A stretch of DNA of 64,000 nt. It comes from Mobula hypostoma. Its lineage: Eukaryota. Under the pieces are notes generated by a model, which saw only the letters and a program-made list of their open reading frames with translations, did no database searches and was not told the DNA's origin. Location of the stretch: NCBI RefSeq assembly GCF_963921235.1, contig NC_086108.1, positions 29,266,001 through 29,330,000 on the forward strand, given 5' to 3'. The position numbers and the translations under genes were made by a program. Positions 38,003 to 49,775 of this stretch are shown here, in pieces. Every line of letters starts with the position of its first letter. Positions within the stretch are counted from its first letter, which is position 1.

Positions 38003-39516
38003 TTAGTCATGAACTTTCAAGAATCACTTGATTCTGGCATGGTCCAGTGGACTGAAAGATTGCAATTCTCACTCCAGTATTTAAGAAGGGAGGAGGGCAA
38101 AAGAAAGGCAATTATAGACCAGTTAGTCTGGCCTCAGTGGTTGGGAAAGTGTTGGAATCTATTATTAAGTATGAGGTTTCAGGGTACTTGGAGACTAATG
38201 ATAAATTAAGTCAAACTCAGCATGGTTTCTGTTAAAGAAAATCCTGCCTGACAGATCTGTGAGAGTTCTCCGAGGAAGTAACAAGCAGGGTGGACAAAGG
38301 AGAGGCAGTGGATATCATTTATTTGGATTTTCAGGAGGCGTTTGATAAGGTGCCACACATGAGGCTACTTAACAAGATAACATCCTCTGGCATTACAGGA
38401 AAGATGCTGGCATGGATAGAGGAATGGCTGACAGGCAGGAGAGGTGAGTGGGAATAAAAGGGGCCGTTTCTGGTTGGCTGCCAGTTAGTAGTGGTGTTCC
38501 TCAGGGGTCAGTATTGGGAACGCTGCTTTCCACTTTGTTTGTCAGTGATTTAGACAATGAATTGATGGCCTTGTGGCAAAGTTTATGGATAATACGAAGT
38601 TAGGTGGAGGAGTAGGTAGTGCTGAGGAAGCAATGCAATTGCAGCAGGATTCAAACTAATTGGGAGAATGGGCAAAAAAGTGGCAGATGGAATACAATGT
38701 TGGGAAATGTATGATAACGCATTTTGGTAAAAGGAACAATGGTGCAGACTATTATCTAAATGGGGAGAAGGTTCAAACACCAGAGGTGCAGTGGGACTTA
38801 GGAGTCCTCGTGCAAGACTCCCAGAAGGTTAATTTACAGGTTGAGTCTGTGGTAAAGAAGGCAAATGCAATGTTGGCATTTATTTCAAGGGGAATAGAAT
38901 ATAAAAGCAAGGAGATAATGGTGAGCCTTTGTAAGACACTGGTCAGGCCACACTTGGAGTATTGTCAACAGTTTTGGTCCCCATATCTCAGAAAATATGT
39001 GTTGTCATTGGAGGGAGTCCAGAGGAGGTTCACAAGGATGATTCCGGGAAAGAAGGGGTTAACATATGAGGTGCATCTGGCAGCTTTGGGTCTGCACTCA
39101 CTGGAATTTAGAAGAGTGCAGGGGAATCTCATTGAAACTTACCGAATGTTGAAAGGACTAGATAAGGTAGATGTAGAGAGGATGTTTCCTATGGTGGGGG
39201 TATCCAGAACTAGAGTGCACAGCCTCAGAATTGATGGATGACCTTTTAGAACTGAGGTAAGGAGGGATTCTTTTAGCCAGAGAGTAGTGAATCTGTGGAA
39301 TGCTCTGCCACAGACTGCAGTGGAGGCCAAGTCCATGGGTGTATTTAAGGCAGAAGTTGATTATTTTCTGATTGATCAGGGCATCAAACAATATGACGAG
39401 AAAGCAGGTGTATAGGGTTGAGTGGGATCCGGGATCGGCCATGATGGAATAGCAGAACAGACTTGATGGGGTGAATGGCCTAATTGTGCTCCTATGTCTT
39501 ATGGTCTTATGGTCTT
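38003..39516 (+). mobile_element. 5'-truncated CR1 inserted in the ERV
   Basis: RT and C-terminal motifs (ORF 38660-39241), a (TCTTATGG)n tail, and 6-bp TSD AAGACA at 37997-38002 and 39517-39522. Confidence 0.92.
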
Positions 39517-39639
39517 AAGACAGGAACAGCAAACATTTGTGACCTACAAAGCAGCTAACATGGCCCACAGAGAGACGGTGGCCCCAGGCAGGCAGGAGAG
39601 ACAGGGTGATATGTGGGTATCATGTCAGCAGACCTCAAG

Positions 39640-39790
39640 GATAAGGGCCAAGCACAGCCAGGAGCTGTTAGAAGTAGAGCAGCTGCCTGAGGAGGGAGCA
39701 GTGATTGAAGTAAAGGCTCACCAGAAAGAGGATAGTAAGGAGCAGAAAGGGAACAAGTGAGCAAACATCAGTGTGAAGAGGCCAGTGGAA
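39640..39790 (+). pseudogene. pol: ERV RNase H C-terminal remnant
   Basis: ELLEVEQLPEEGAVIEVKAHQKEDSKEQKGNK*A resembles the class I retroviral LP..VAVI...HQK...GN..AD block. Confidence 0.65.
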
Positions 39791-41031
39791 GAACAAGAAA
39801 CACCAGAAATTACAAGTGTGTAGAAAGAAACCACAAATGCCAATTTAGTAAGATTACATGGAGATGTGAAGGACCACTGTAACCAGGGTAACACATTGAG
39901 GGATCGAGCAAAGCAGCAGAACTTCAGAGAGAGCCTTAGGGAGAGAAGATAGTCCTCCCACAGACAGGTGATCAAGTCATGGTGAGGGAGCTGGTTGAAA
40001 GGACAGGTTCACTCCCAGGGGCATAGAACTGCAAGAGGTGCTCTGGACAAATAATGCCTGTTTTGGGGTACAGTCCCATCGAGGCAGGCAATGGAAACAT
40101 TGGACTTAGGTTAAACCATATGACCCGCCTTCTTGTCACCCTCAGAAACAGAGCAAGTGGTCAAGAGTACCTGGTAACGGTGTCACTGCAGAGAACCCAA
40201 GTGATGAACACCAGCCAGCTGTATCAGGCCTGACCACACCTGATGGAAGCAGACCCAGTCTGAATGGAGAGTGAACACAAATGATCTGGGCCCTTTCAGT
40301 GGTTGGGCCAATGATCGACTGGACAGTCCAGAATGGGGTGCCACTGGGGGGAAGTCCTTGCAGTCATTCAAATAGAGCACACCCCAACCCCTTCTGAGGG
40401 GGCCTGTGAGCCTGATACATTTACCTTGTTGATGCCCTGACCAGAGAGTAACCATTGATAGCCATCACTGAGTCTTAACTAACGGAAAATGACTGGGTAA
40501 AGAAAAAGAAAGCAATTAATCTGCATTTGGTCAGCAGTGAAGGAGGCATCAGGCATGCAAGTGACAACGTTGGTCAAATTTCCGGAAAAATCTCTGCTTA
40601 AAGTCTTGTAGGTAGCCATTGGGGATGATAGTGTAAATGTCGATGCACATAAGGTAATTGAGGAAGGATTCCAAAGTACTGGGCATTTTTGCTATTCTAT
40701 TTGATTAGATCCTCCTTAAGGTTTGGCTGTTCCTGGAACAAATTTATTTTTGTCCAGGAGGCCCAAGAGGAGGAACAGTTAGGGCATATTCTGAACTTAG
40801 GGTATACAGCAAAATATTAACTTCAGCAACTATTCTTTAGACCTGAATGTGAACTAAACATAGATTAAATTTTAAATACAGCCTTGGACAATAAGTTCCT
40901 AGAGCTGTGAACAGCAGTCCATTGAAAAACCAGGCATCGCTGATTAACATTCATTTTGGGTGTCTGCAGAGTGGGCACAAAGAATGAGGTGTGAAAGTTA
41001 TATGTAGTTCAAAGGAAGCATTGTAAATATA

Positions 41032-41502
41032 CGAGGGGTGATTGATAAGTTTGTGGCCCAAGGTAGAAGGAGTCAATGTTGAAAACCTAGCACATTTATT
41101 TTTCCTACATGTACACACTTAGTCCAGCGGTTGTGGAGCATACGGATCCTTTCTTTGTAGAAGTGGTCCACAGCAGGAGTGATTGATAAATTTGTGGCCT
41201 AAGGTAGAAGGCGATGAGTTATACAGCTCTTGTTACATGCACATGCAGTTCAACTCTTTGAGTGATTGTGTAGAAAGTTTGAAGTTAATAACTCATCGCC
41301 TTCTACCTTAGGCCACGAACTTATCAATCAACCCTGCTATGGACTACTTCTGGAGGTCCAAGGTGCCGACTTCTACAAGGAGGGGATCCGTATGCTCCAA
41401 GGCTGCTGGACTAAGTGTGTAAATGTAGGAAAAATAAATGTGCTAGGTTTTCTAAAATTGACTCCTTTTACCTTAGGCCACAAACTTATCAATCACCCCT
41501 CG
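41032..41502. mobile_element. Palindromic mariner-derived MITE within the ERV 3' LTR
   Basis: TIR CGAGGGGTGATTGATAAGTTTGTGGCC, TA duplication, and mariner C-terminal peptide FYKEGIRMLQGCWTKCVN. Confidence 0.88.
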
Positions 41503-41880
41503 TAGAATTGACTTTTTATCTTTAGCATGTAAAACATAATGTAATATTGGGTCGAACAGGCCCCTTTCTCCAAAAGGATCTTAATATGGTGCCTGCAGCT
41601 CATTTTTGTTGAATAATACAAATCTGTGTCTGTTAGCTTCAATCTCTCTCTGGTGACTTTGTTCACATTACAATACCTTTGTCAGTGGGCTGTTTATTGA
41701 ATACAGCTCAGTTTTTGACATGGTCATACCCTCAGTTCTAATCAACAAGCTCCAAAACCTGGGCATCTGTACCTCTGCAACTGGATTCTTGACGTTCTCA
41801 TCAAGAGACCACAAAGTCTGTGCAGATCAGAAATAACATCTCCTCCTTACTGCCAACCATCACTGGCACACCTCAATATC

Positions 41881-42025
41881 TGTGCGAGGAAAGGAATTGT
41901 CAACGTTTCAGGTCAAAACGTTGACAATTCCTTTCCTCTCACACTTGCTGCTCGACCTGCTGAGTTCCTCCAGCAGTTTTTTATGTTGCTTCAGATTCCC
42001 AGCATCTACAATCTCTTGTGTCTTC
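41881..42025 (+). mobile_element. Short Penelope terminus with an inverted 5' end
   Basis: A 23-bp perfect inverted repeat followed by gctgctcgacctgctgagttcctccagca..., the Penelope terminal sequence. Confidence 0.6.
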
Positions 42026-43063
42026 ACGAGCTGTTGGATTTTTCTTCCAAATTGAAAGTGAGGTGTTACCTGAATTGCTTGGACTGAGTTTGGTCATCTG
42101 AGTGTCAAGATGGGATTGCAGTCTGAATCGACCACACAATCTGTCTGTACTTTAGCATGCCATTTTGGAACCACGTTGCCTCTGGTAGCACCCAAAGAGC
42201 AGGTTCCACACAGCCTCTAGTTCTCCTCTCCAGTGACGGATTTCATCTGGGTGACTGCTCACAGGAAGATGTTAAGTTGGCAGGCAATAAAAATGTTGTT
42301 GCTTCTGGCAGCACATGTAGTAATTCTATGATCCCATGGCCTATGCTCACTGCAGGCACTGTTCCCCACTGGGAACAGAGCGTCATGGAAAACACTTGGA
42401 TGCCTTTGCTGTGCTGTGGAACAACGCTCCATCTGATCTGTCCCCAAGGCCAAATGTTTGCTTTAGCAACCGAGTGTTGAGTTCGGACAGAGACGTGCAT
42501 TCCACTGATTTATGTTCACTGTTGGACAGAGTTTCTCTGGTGGCCTCATGAGCTTTGCCTGCAGTCACTTCGTATGCTGAATAACACAGGCGACTCAACA
42601 GGCCACACATCCTCCTGTCATAATACAAAGAAGCATTTTTTCCCTGGAATTGGGTCAAGCCACCCACATCCTTACACTTTGCAATACAGAACGAGACCAT
42701 TCACCCCATTAGGCACATGTCAGCTCCTGTATGAGCAATCACATTATTCCCATCCTCCCTCTTCATTTCCCTGTAGTCCTACAATGTTAATCTCTCTCAC
42801 ACATTTATTAGCTCTCTTTTTTTCTGTCTTGCCACTTCCCTATGCGAAAGTTGCAGTAAGGCAGGGGTTAATGACAACATCCAGGCAAGAATGACTGTGG
42901 CGGTGTGTAGTCAAACTCAGCCGAGGAAGACATTTGAAGTGAGACCACCAGAAACAATGTTGCCCATTGCAGATAGATAGGCGAGAATGACTGACTGTGT
43001 GGAATCAACCTCAAAGATCATAGCTTCCCTTTGCACAGTATGGGGTGCCAGAGACAGATGAGG

Positions 43064-43590
43064 TACAGTACAGTACAGGCACATATATATAGCTAGTGTG
43101 CCTAATACTTTTTCATAGTATTATATTCGTCAACATGGAGGAGAGAGTGAGTTTGTAAATCTGGTGGGAGCAGAGGAAGTTGGGAATGTCGAAGGTGGAG
43201 CGTCGTGGGAGGAGTGTGGGACAGGTGGCAGAGAGGAGTTGCCAAGTGCGGGGGGTGGGGTGGTGGCATGGGTGCAGATACCAGCCCTGAGATACCAGGC
43301 AAGGTCACTGGATTCCAAACAATCAGTTTATTGATAATTATAGAATGTCTCTCTGGTGCTTTCCCTTCCTTCCCCTTTTCCCAATCATGATTCCCCTCTC
43401 CCAGCCCACTTCCCAGTCTCAGTCCACAATAGAAATCCATATCAGAATCAGGTTTATCATCACCCACATATGTCAGGAAACCTGATTTTTTTTGTGGCCG
43501 CACTACAGTACAATACATAAAACTACTGCTGTGCTGTACAAAAATCTGAAGCACCTTAGCTAAATATGTGCCTCTTTTTCGCAGTATTAT
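43064..43590. mobile_element. Second copy of the Tc1-like composite MITE
   Basis: Colinear with 11172-11620. Confidence 0.65.
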
Positions 43591-44636
43591 AGGGATAAAG
43601 GAAGGATGTGAAATATACCCAACACCTCAGTGCCAATTGTTTTACTAACTGCATTGGTTGACAGCTTGAAGTTTCTATTGACTTTTAACACCTCGATTGT
43701 GAATGAACATTGATTTTGCAAGTAAGGAATTTTATACACAATTTACCAAATGGTCAATATCTGTAACTGAAAAACCATTTCTGTATAAAAATAGCAGTTT
43801 TCTGTCCTGGCTTCAGAACAGTGTGAGTGACAGGGGTCATGCTGTTCTCCTTGTGCACAAGTAAAACAACCTTTGTTTGAGCTGTAAAAACATGCGTGTT
43901 CTGGGCCCAGTTATTTTATTTTATTATTATCGGTGTCACTGGCGGAAAATCTATATTTTTTTCTGTAAACATTACTGTTCAAATATGTGATTATGCCACT
44001 GAACACTGAATTTCCCAACTGGTAATAGTAAAGGCAAAGTGGTATCAGAGATCTAATGGTTAGATCATGCATAGAGGAGGATATGCTGGAGGAGTAGTGG
44101 AAAATTTAGTTGCAGAAAGAGAAACACAGGAGAAGATTGAATAGTAAAAAAGAAAAGAAAGTAAAGGAAGGAAAAAGAAATCCATCAAAATTAGGTAAAC
44201 ACCTGCGGGAATCCGTGTTCTATGAGATTCGATAATTTTATCTGATCCCGTTTTTTGCCTTAGTTACTTTTGATGGGGAACATTATTCTCCTCATCAAAA
44301 GCACCCTTACCCTATGAAGTATTCAGACTGATGTTGCAGTTGGATTAATTTGCACAAAGGCAGCAATTCCTTCAAATTCACGGGAGATCGACTGCGCCCA
44401 CCTGTTTTAATGAGACTCAAAATGGAGCAACTGGAATCCCCAGCTGTTCATGGTAATTTGCATATTGTTATATGTTATGTATAATTTCATGCATAATTTA
44501 TGTTAATTTAAGTTTATGTTAACATGTCTGTCTTTGTATTGTACTGTGCTGCTTCTGCTGCAAAAGGCACATTTTTCTGGCATTTAAACCCTGAATATGT
44601 ATGTCTATGACAACGAGGTTGGTGCAACGTTTTAAA

Positions 44637-44883
44637 AGGATGGCATGGTAGCATAACAGTTAGCATAACACTACGTAGTGCCAGTGAGCCGGGTTCAATT
44701 CCGGTTCTGTCTGTTTGGAGTCTGTATGCCTTTCCAAGATTGTGTGGTTTTCCTCCGTGTGGTCCGATTTCCTCCCACATTCCAAAGATGTATGGGGTCC
44801 ATAGGTTAATTGGTCACATGGGTGTTACTGGGCAATATGGGCTTGCTTGTCCAGAAGGACCTGGTACCATGCTGTAAGTCTGA
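44637..44883 (+). mobile_element. tRNA-derived V-SINE/HE1-like SINE (tail resumes at 45790)
   Basis: A-box-like tggcatggtagc, B-box gggttcaattcc, and V-domain tttcctcccacattccaaaga. Confidence 0.8.
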
Positions 44884-45789
44884 GGCTACATCCACACTAG
44901 ACCAGATAAATCCGTAACCAAAGCTTTTTCTCTTCGTTTTGACCCTCCGTCCACACTGAAACGGCGTATTCCTCTCCCGAAAATGGACATTTTCTAAAAC
45001 ACCCTCCAGAGTGTGTAAATTTCGAAACGCCGATTGTGCAGAGCAGTGTGGACAGGGTAAACAGATATTTTTAAAAATGCTGTCATGATGTGCCGGAACA
45101 GATGGCCACATCGCGGCATTTCGTTGTTTTCTTGAACGCAACCCCCCCATACAACCTAACAATTTCAGAACAGAGGGCAACGAGATTGAAGCCAGAAGTG
45201 TTAGAAATGTACTCACCAAATACTTTGACCCACAGCTTACTGAATAAATAAGTATACTCACTTTACCCTGTTTTCTGTCCTTGCTTGTATGAAGGTGGTT
45301 TACCTATTAATGCAAGTACTTCTTTGACAATGGACGTGTAACAGCCCAATTTAACATTGTATGTAAATACTTGATAACACTGATGCAGACATGTTTATAC
45401 ATTTAACAAGGTGCTTTATTAATGCAACAGAGTTAGTCAGTTTTTCAATGTTCGTCGTCAGCCGGGTCATACTGTCCGTGAACTCCCTGTTGGTTGCCTC
45501 CATATGCTCCAGTATTTGTTTTGTTTTAGTTTTAAGTCCTCCTGCGTGAGAGCCAACAGCAATTCCTTTAAGTTTTTCTAGACTGTAACTGGACAAACGC
45601 GCACCAAATATACCGTTTCCTCTTTGCTTGTTTTCTGTGTGTCCTGCGCATGCCCAGTAGGAGGAGATTCGCCCAAATATCTGTTCTAATGTGGACAGAG
45701 ATATTTTTAAGAACGCCTGGTGTGGATGCCTATCGTTTTTACGTGAAACCAGCGTTTTCAAAATTATCCGGTCTAGTGCGGACGTAGCC
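44884..45789. mobile_element. PIF/Harbinger non-autonomous element
   Basis: TIRs GGCTACATCCACACTAGACC / GGTCTAGTGCGGACGTAGCC and 3-bp TSD TGA. Confidence 0.85.
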
Positions 45790-46502
45790 TGAATAAAAAA
45801 ACAATAGACTTGAACTAGAACAATGTATTTCATCTGTTCCAGAAATTACTGTATTTTTACATGTTCATAACTCTGTGAATTCATAATTATTTTCCAGTTA
45901 AATACTGGGCCATTTCATTTGTGACTTTTCTGAATTCAGCTACCTTCGGAGTATTAATTGAAGTAGCATGCTTTCAATTCATCTACAGTCTGTGAGGGGC
46001 CTTGAGGTAAGCATAAGGAACAAATCCTAAACTTGAATACTTTCAAGTGGCTGACAGAAACTTGGAAACATGCCCAGCTTTGTTAACAAGGAAAAATTAG
46101 AAGATGATGTTCCTTCCGTAAAATTATCTACACAGGACTTGCTTTACATACTTCTGGACCTTGCTTAAGCTATTTGTGGATCCTTGCAGCCACAAGTAGC
46201 TTAAAAGTTGACACCGTGACAACTAGAGTGCTCAGCTGGCTTCTGCTTCAGTACATGGACTCCAAAGATGGAGCTAAGCAAGAAACTTTCTGGAAGACTT
46301 TAGCCAACAAGTCTGGGATTTTCTTATTCCTACGGGATTTTCCAAATTAGAGAATTGTGGGGTCATAGATGCAGCACAAAAATAAAGGTCCTTCGGCCCA
46401 TCAAGTCCATCCCAAACATCAAACAATTTCCAAAAATCCTACATTATTCGCACATTCTATTCTCTCCACAGTCCCATCAAATCCCCCCAGATTCTGCCAT
46501 TT

Positions 46503-46780
46503 ACAGTACTGTACAAAAGGTAGAATGTACAGTAGGTAGCTAGGGTGCCTCAGACTTCTGCAGAATACTGTGGTAATTTTATGTAGTGCACTGTACTGCT
46601 GAAAAAAAAAACAAATTTCATGACCTATGTGAGTGATGAAAAATCTGATTCTGATATGGGTCTCTGCTGTGGACCAAGAGTGGGATGGGTTATGAAGAGA
46701 TGAATCATGGTTGGAAAAAGGTGAAGGGAGAGGGGAGGGAGCAGGAAGAACCAGAGAGACATTCTGTAATGATCACTAAT
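46503..46780. mobile_element. Partial third copy of the Tc1-like composite MITE, opposite orientation
   Basis: ta-cagtactgtacaaaag start, then the reverse complement of ~11380-11560. Confidence 0.6.
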
Positions 46781-46789
46781 CCACATCAT

Positions 46790-47400
46790 TCAGTGAAGCT
46801 TGCCATGCTCTGTTCGGATGCCAACATGTCCAGAGACAAATCCAGAGCTGTCTGAACCACTTCTGGCAGTCACAAAATCGACTCCTACAACCACCACAAA
46901 GGAGGCTCGAGAACCTGAGATTGTTTCACAGTCACAAGATTCACCTGCCAAGCAGAGTGACTTCCCTGGCCAAAAAAGACATTATCCCACAAGAGTAAGA
47001 AATCTTCTGTATGACTAAGTCAATAGGCCTGAATGGGAAAATTTTAAATTTACTCTGCTATGGATGTTTGTGTAGTAGTTGCATTATAGAGTAAACTGTG
47101 TATTTAAGTTGAGATGCATTCTATATTGAGTTGGAGTTTATAGCTAAGCAGGAAGAAGTGTTGTGTGTTTAATATTTCAGTAATATTTGAGTAATATTGT
47201 AAATATATTGTTTGATTAAACATTCTTTGTTGTTTACATAATGCATTGTGGGTTATATGTAAAAGTATGTAATGGTATATGTTATTACACCACCATGTCA
47301 TATGTACATACCTCGCTCAAAGAAAAAATTAAGTTAGACTTGTATTACAAGCTCCCTTCTTTTCCTTTCATTTAGGTTTATGTTTTGACTTTACAAAACA
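46790..47400 (+). mobile_element. Gypsy-like 3' end: pol C-terminus, PPT and LTR (47159-47400)
   Basis: KRHYPTRVRN C-terminal motif, purine tract aagcaggaagaag, and an LTR reading TGTTGT...AAAACA. Confidence 0.65.
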
Positions 47401-49008
47401 TAGAAACATAGAAACATAGAAAATAGGTGCAGGAGTGGAGTAGGCCATTCGGCCCTTCGAGCCTGCACCGCCATTTATTATGATCATGGCTGATCATCCA
47501 ACTCAGAACCCCGCCCCAGCCTTCCCTCTATACCCCCTGATCCCCGTAGCCACAAGGGCCATATCTAACTCGCTCTTAAATATAGCCAATGAACTGGCCT
47601 CAACTGTTTCCTGTGGCAGAGAATTCCACAGATTCACCACTCTCTGTGTGAAGACGTTTTTCCTAATCTCGGTCCTAAAAGGCTTCCCCTTTATCCTCAA
47701 ACTGTGACCCCTTGTTCTGGACTTCCCCAACATCGGAAACTATCTTCCTGCATCTAGCCTGTCCAATCCCTTTAGGATTTTATACGTTTCAATCAGATCC
47801 CCCCTCAATCTTCTAAATTCCAACGAGTACAAGCCCAGTTCATCCAGTCTTTCTTCATATGAAAGTCCTGCCATCCCAGGAATCAATCTGGTGAACCTGC
47901 TTTGTACTCCCTCTATGGCAAGGATGCCTTTCCTCAGATTAGGGGACCAAAACTGCACACAATACTCCAGGTGTGGTCTCACCAAGGCCTTGTACAACTG
48001 CAGTAGTACCTCCCTGCTCCTGTACTCAAATCCTCTCGCTATAAATGCCAGCATACCATTCGCCTTTTTCACTGCCTACTGTACCTGCATGCCCACTTTC
48101 AATGACTGGTGTATAATGACACCCAGGTCTCGTTGCACCTCCCCTTTTCCTAATCGGCCACCATTCAGATAATAATCTGTTTTCCTATTTTTGCCACCAA
48201 AGTGGATAACTTCACATTTATCCACATTAAATTGCATCTGCCATGAATTTGCCCACTCACCCAACCTATCCAAGTTACCCTGCATCCTCTTAGCATCCTC
48301 CTCACAGCTAACACTGCCACCCAGCTTCGTGTCATCCGCAAACTTGGAGATGCTGCATATAATTCCCTCATCCAAGTCATTAATATATATTGTAAACAAC
48401 TGGGGTCCCAGCACTGAGCCTTGCGGTACCCCACTAGTCACCACCTGCCATTCTGAAAAGGTCCCGTTTATTCCCACTCTTTGCTTCCTGTCTGCTAACC
48501 AATTCTCTATCCACATCAATACCTTACCCCCAATACCGTGTGCTTTAAGTTTGCACATTAATCTCCTGTGTGGGACCTTGTCAAAAGCCTTTTGAAAATC
48601 CAAATATACCACATCCACTGGTTCTCCCCTATCCACTCTACTAGTTACATCCTCAAAAAATTCTATGAGATTCGTCAGACATGATTTTCCTTTCACAAAT
48701 CCACACTGACTTTGTCCGATGATTTCACTGCTTTTCAAATGTGCTGTTATCACATCCTTGATAACTGACTCCAGCAGTTTCCCCACCACCGACGTTAGGC
48801 TAACCCGTCTATAATTCCCCGGTTTCTCTCTCCCTCCTTTTTTAAAAAGTGGGGTTACATTAGCCACCTTCCAATCCTCAGGAACTAGTCCAGAATCTAA
48901 CGAGTTTTGAAAAATTATCACTAATGCATCCACTATTTCTTGGGCTATTTCTTTAAGCACTCTAGGATGCAGACCATCTGGCCCTGGGGATTTATCTGCC
49001 TTCAATCC
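47397..49008 (-). mobile_element. Young 5'-truncated CR1 (same family as 25998-30378)
   Basis: 309-aa RT ORF at 48076-49005, one stop and one frameshift downstream, and a (CTATGTTT)n tail. Confidence 0.95.
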
Positions 49009-49019
49009 CTCTTCAATAA

Positions 49020-49775
49020 CACTCTTAAAGAGGAAAAATAAGACAAGAAAACAGCCAGGATTATTCGGGGTATTATTTGTTTATTCAGGATACCATGCCA
49101 TTTTTAATTGAGAAAGGATGCTGTTGCCGAAGAACTTCCAACTAGCATCAGTCATGTGCACATTGTGTGGCTATTAGACACTACACCATGCTTAGAGCAA
49201 ACAATGTCACTTGTGTGTTTGTGTTCAAAAAACAATAATTTTTTATCACTGTTCGTTGGCAAGTAATAAGCAATTCAGAACTGTTTTGCTCACTGTGGTT
49301 TCAAGCATTCAGGCTTGCAGATGTCAGAGACAGTCACAACTGAAAATGAAATGATTTCACTACTTTAGCAAGTTAGGAATTGTGAAAGATTTGAAGGTAT
49401 GGACCATCATCTTGAATGTTACAATGAAGATGAAGATTTGAAGAATACTGTCATCAAAAGCACTGTTTCAAGGCAGTCCACTAGCTGTTCTAGATGTCTT
49501 CGTTGATTTTGTTCATTTACAGTCAATTAAAAGAACACAGCAGCGTACACTAAATGAATTCCTCCATTGATAACTATTGGTAACTAATACATAGTTTTAT
49601 AGTAGTGGTAGTTTTGATAGTGTTTTAATTTGTTCTGTATTTCATTTAAATACATAACTTGTTAGTCACTTACATGGTAAATTGTCTTTTTTATACCTTT
49701 TTAACTATTTCCATGAAACTTAATTAGGCCAAAATGTACTGGTCCCAAAATGTCCCAATGAACTGGAATCCACTG
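49020..49775. mobile_element. Tigger/pogo-like non-autonomous element, only one TIR visible
   Basis: Ends tgtcccaatgaactggaatccactg followed by TA. Confidence 0.5.

Larger units (their letters stand above)
34375..41672 (+). mobile_element. Degenerate class I-like endogenous retrovirus with internal deletions
   Basis: Diverged direct repeats at 34375-~34570 and ~40778-40990. Polypurine tract aagaggaggaa precedes the 3' LTR. gag, protease and RNase H remnants are in order. Confidence 0.75.
31885..41876 (+). mobile_element. Rex1/Babar LINE (endonuclease to RT), split by inserts; own sequence at ~31885-32885, ~33728-34374 and ~41673-41876
   Basis: ILLANVQSLENK, YIPPQA, AGDF and LDHCYT endonuclease motifs. 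The RT reading LHAALDHLHNSN stops at 34374 and resumes with LFIEYSSVF...NKLQNLG...CNWILD at ~41690. Confidence 0.85.

Noticed and set aside
42157..42894. Cluster of 65-107 aa ORFs
   Set aside because: No recognisable domain or splice context, and they overlap on both strands as expected by chance.
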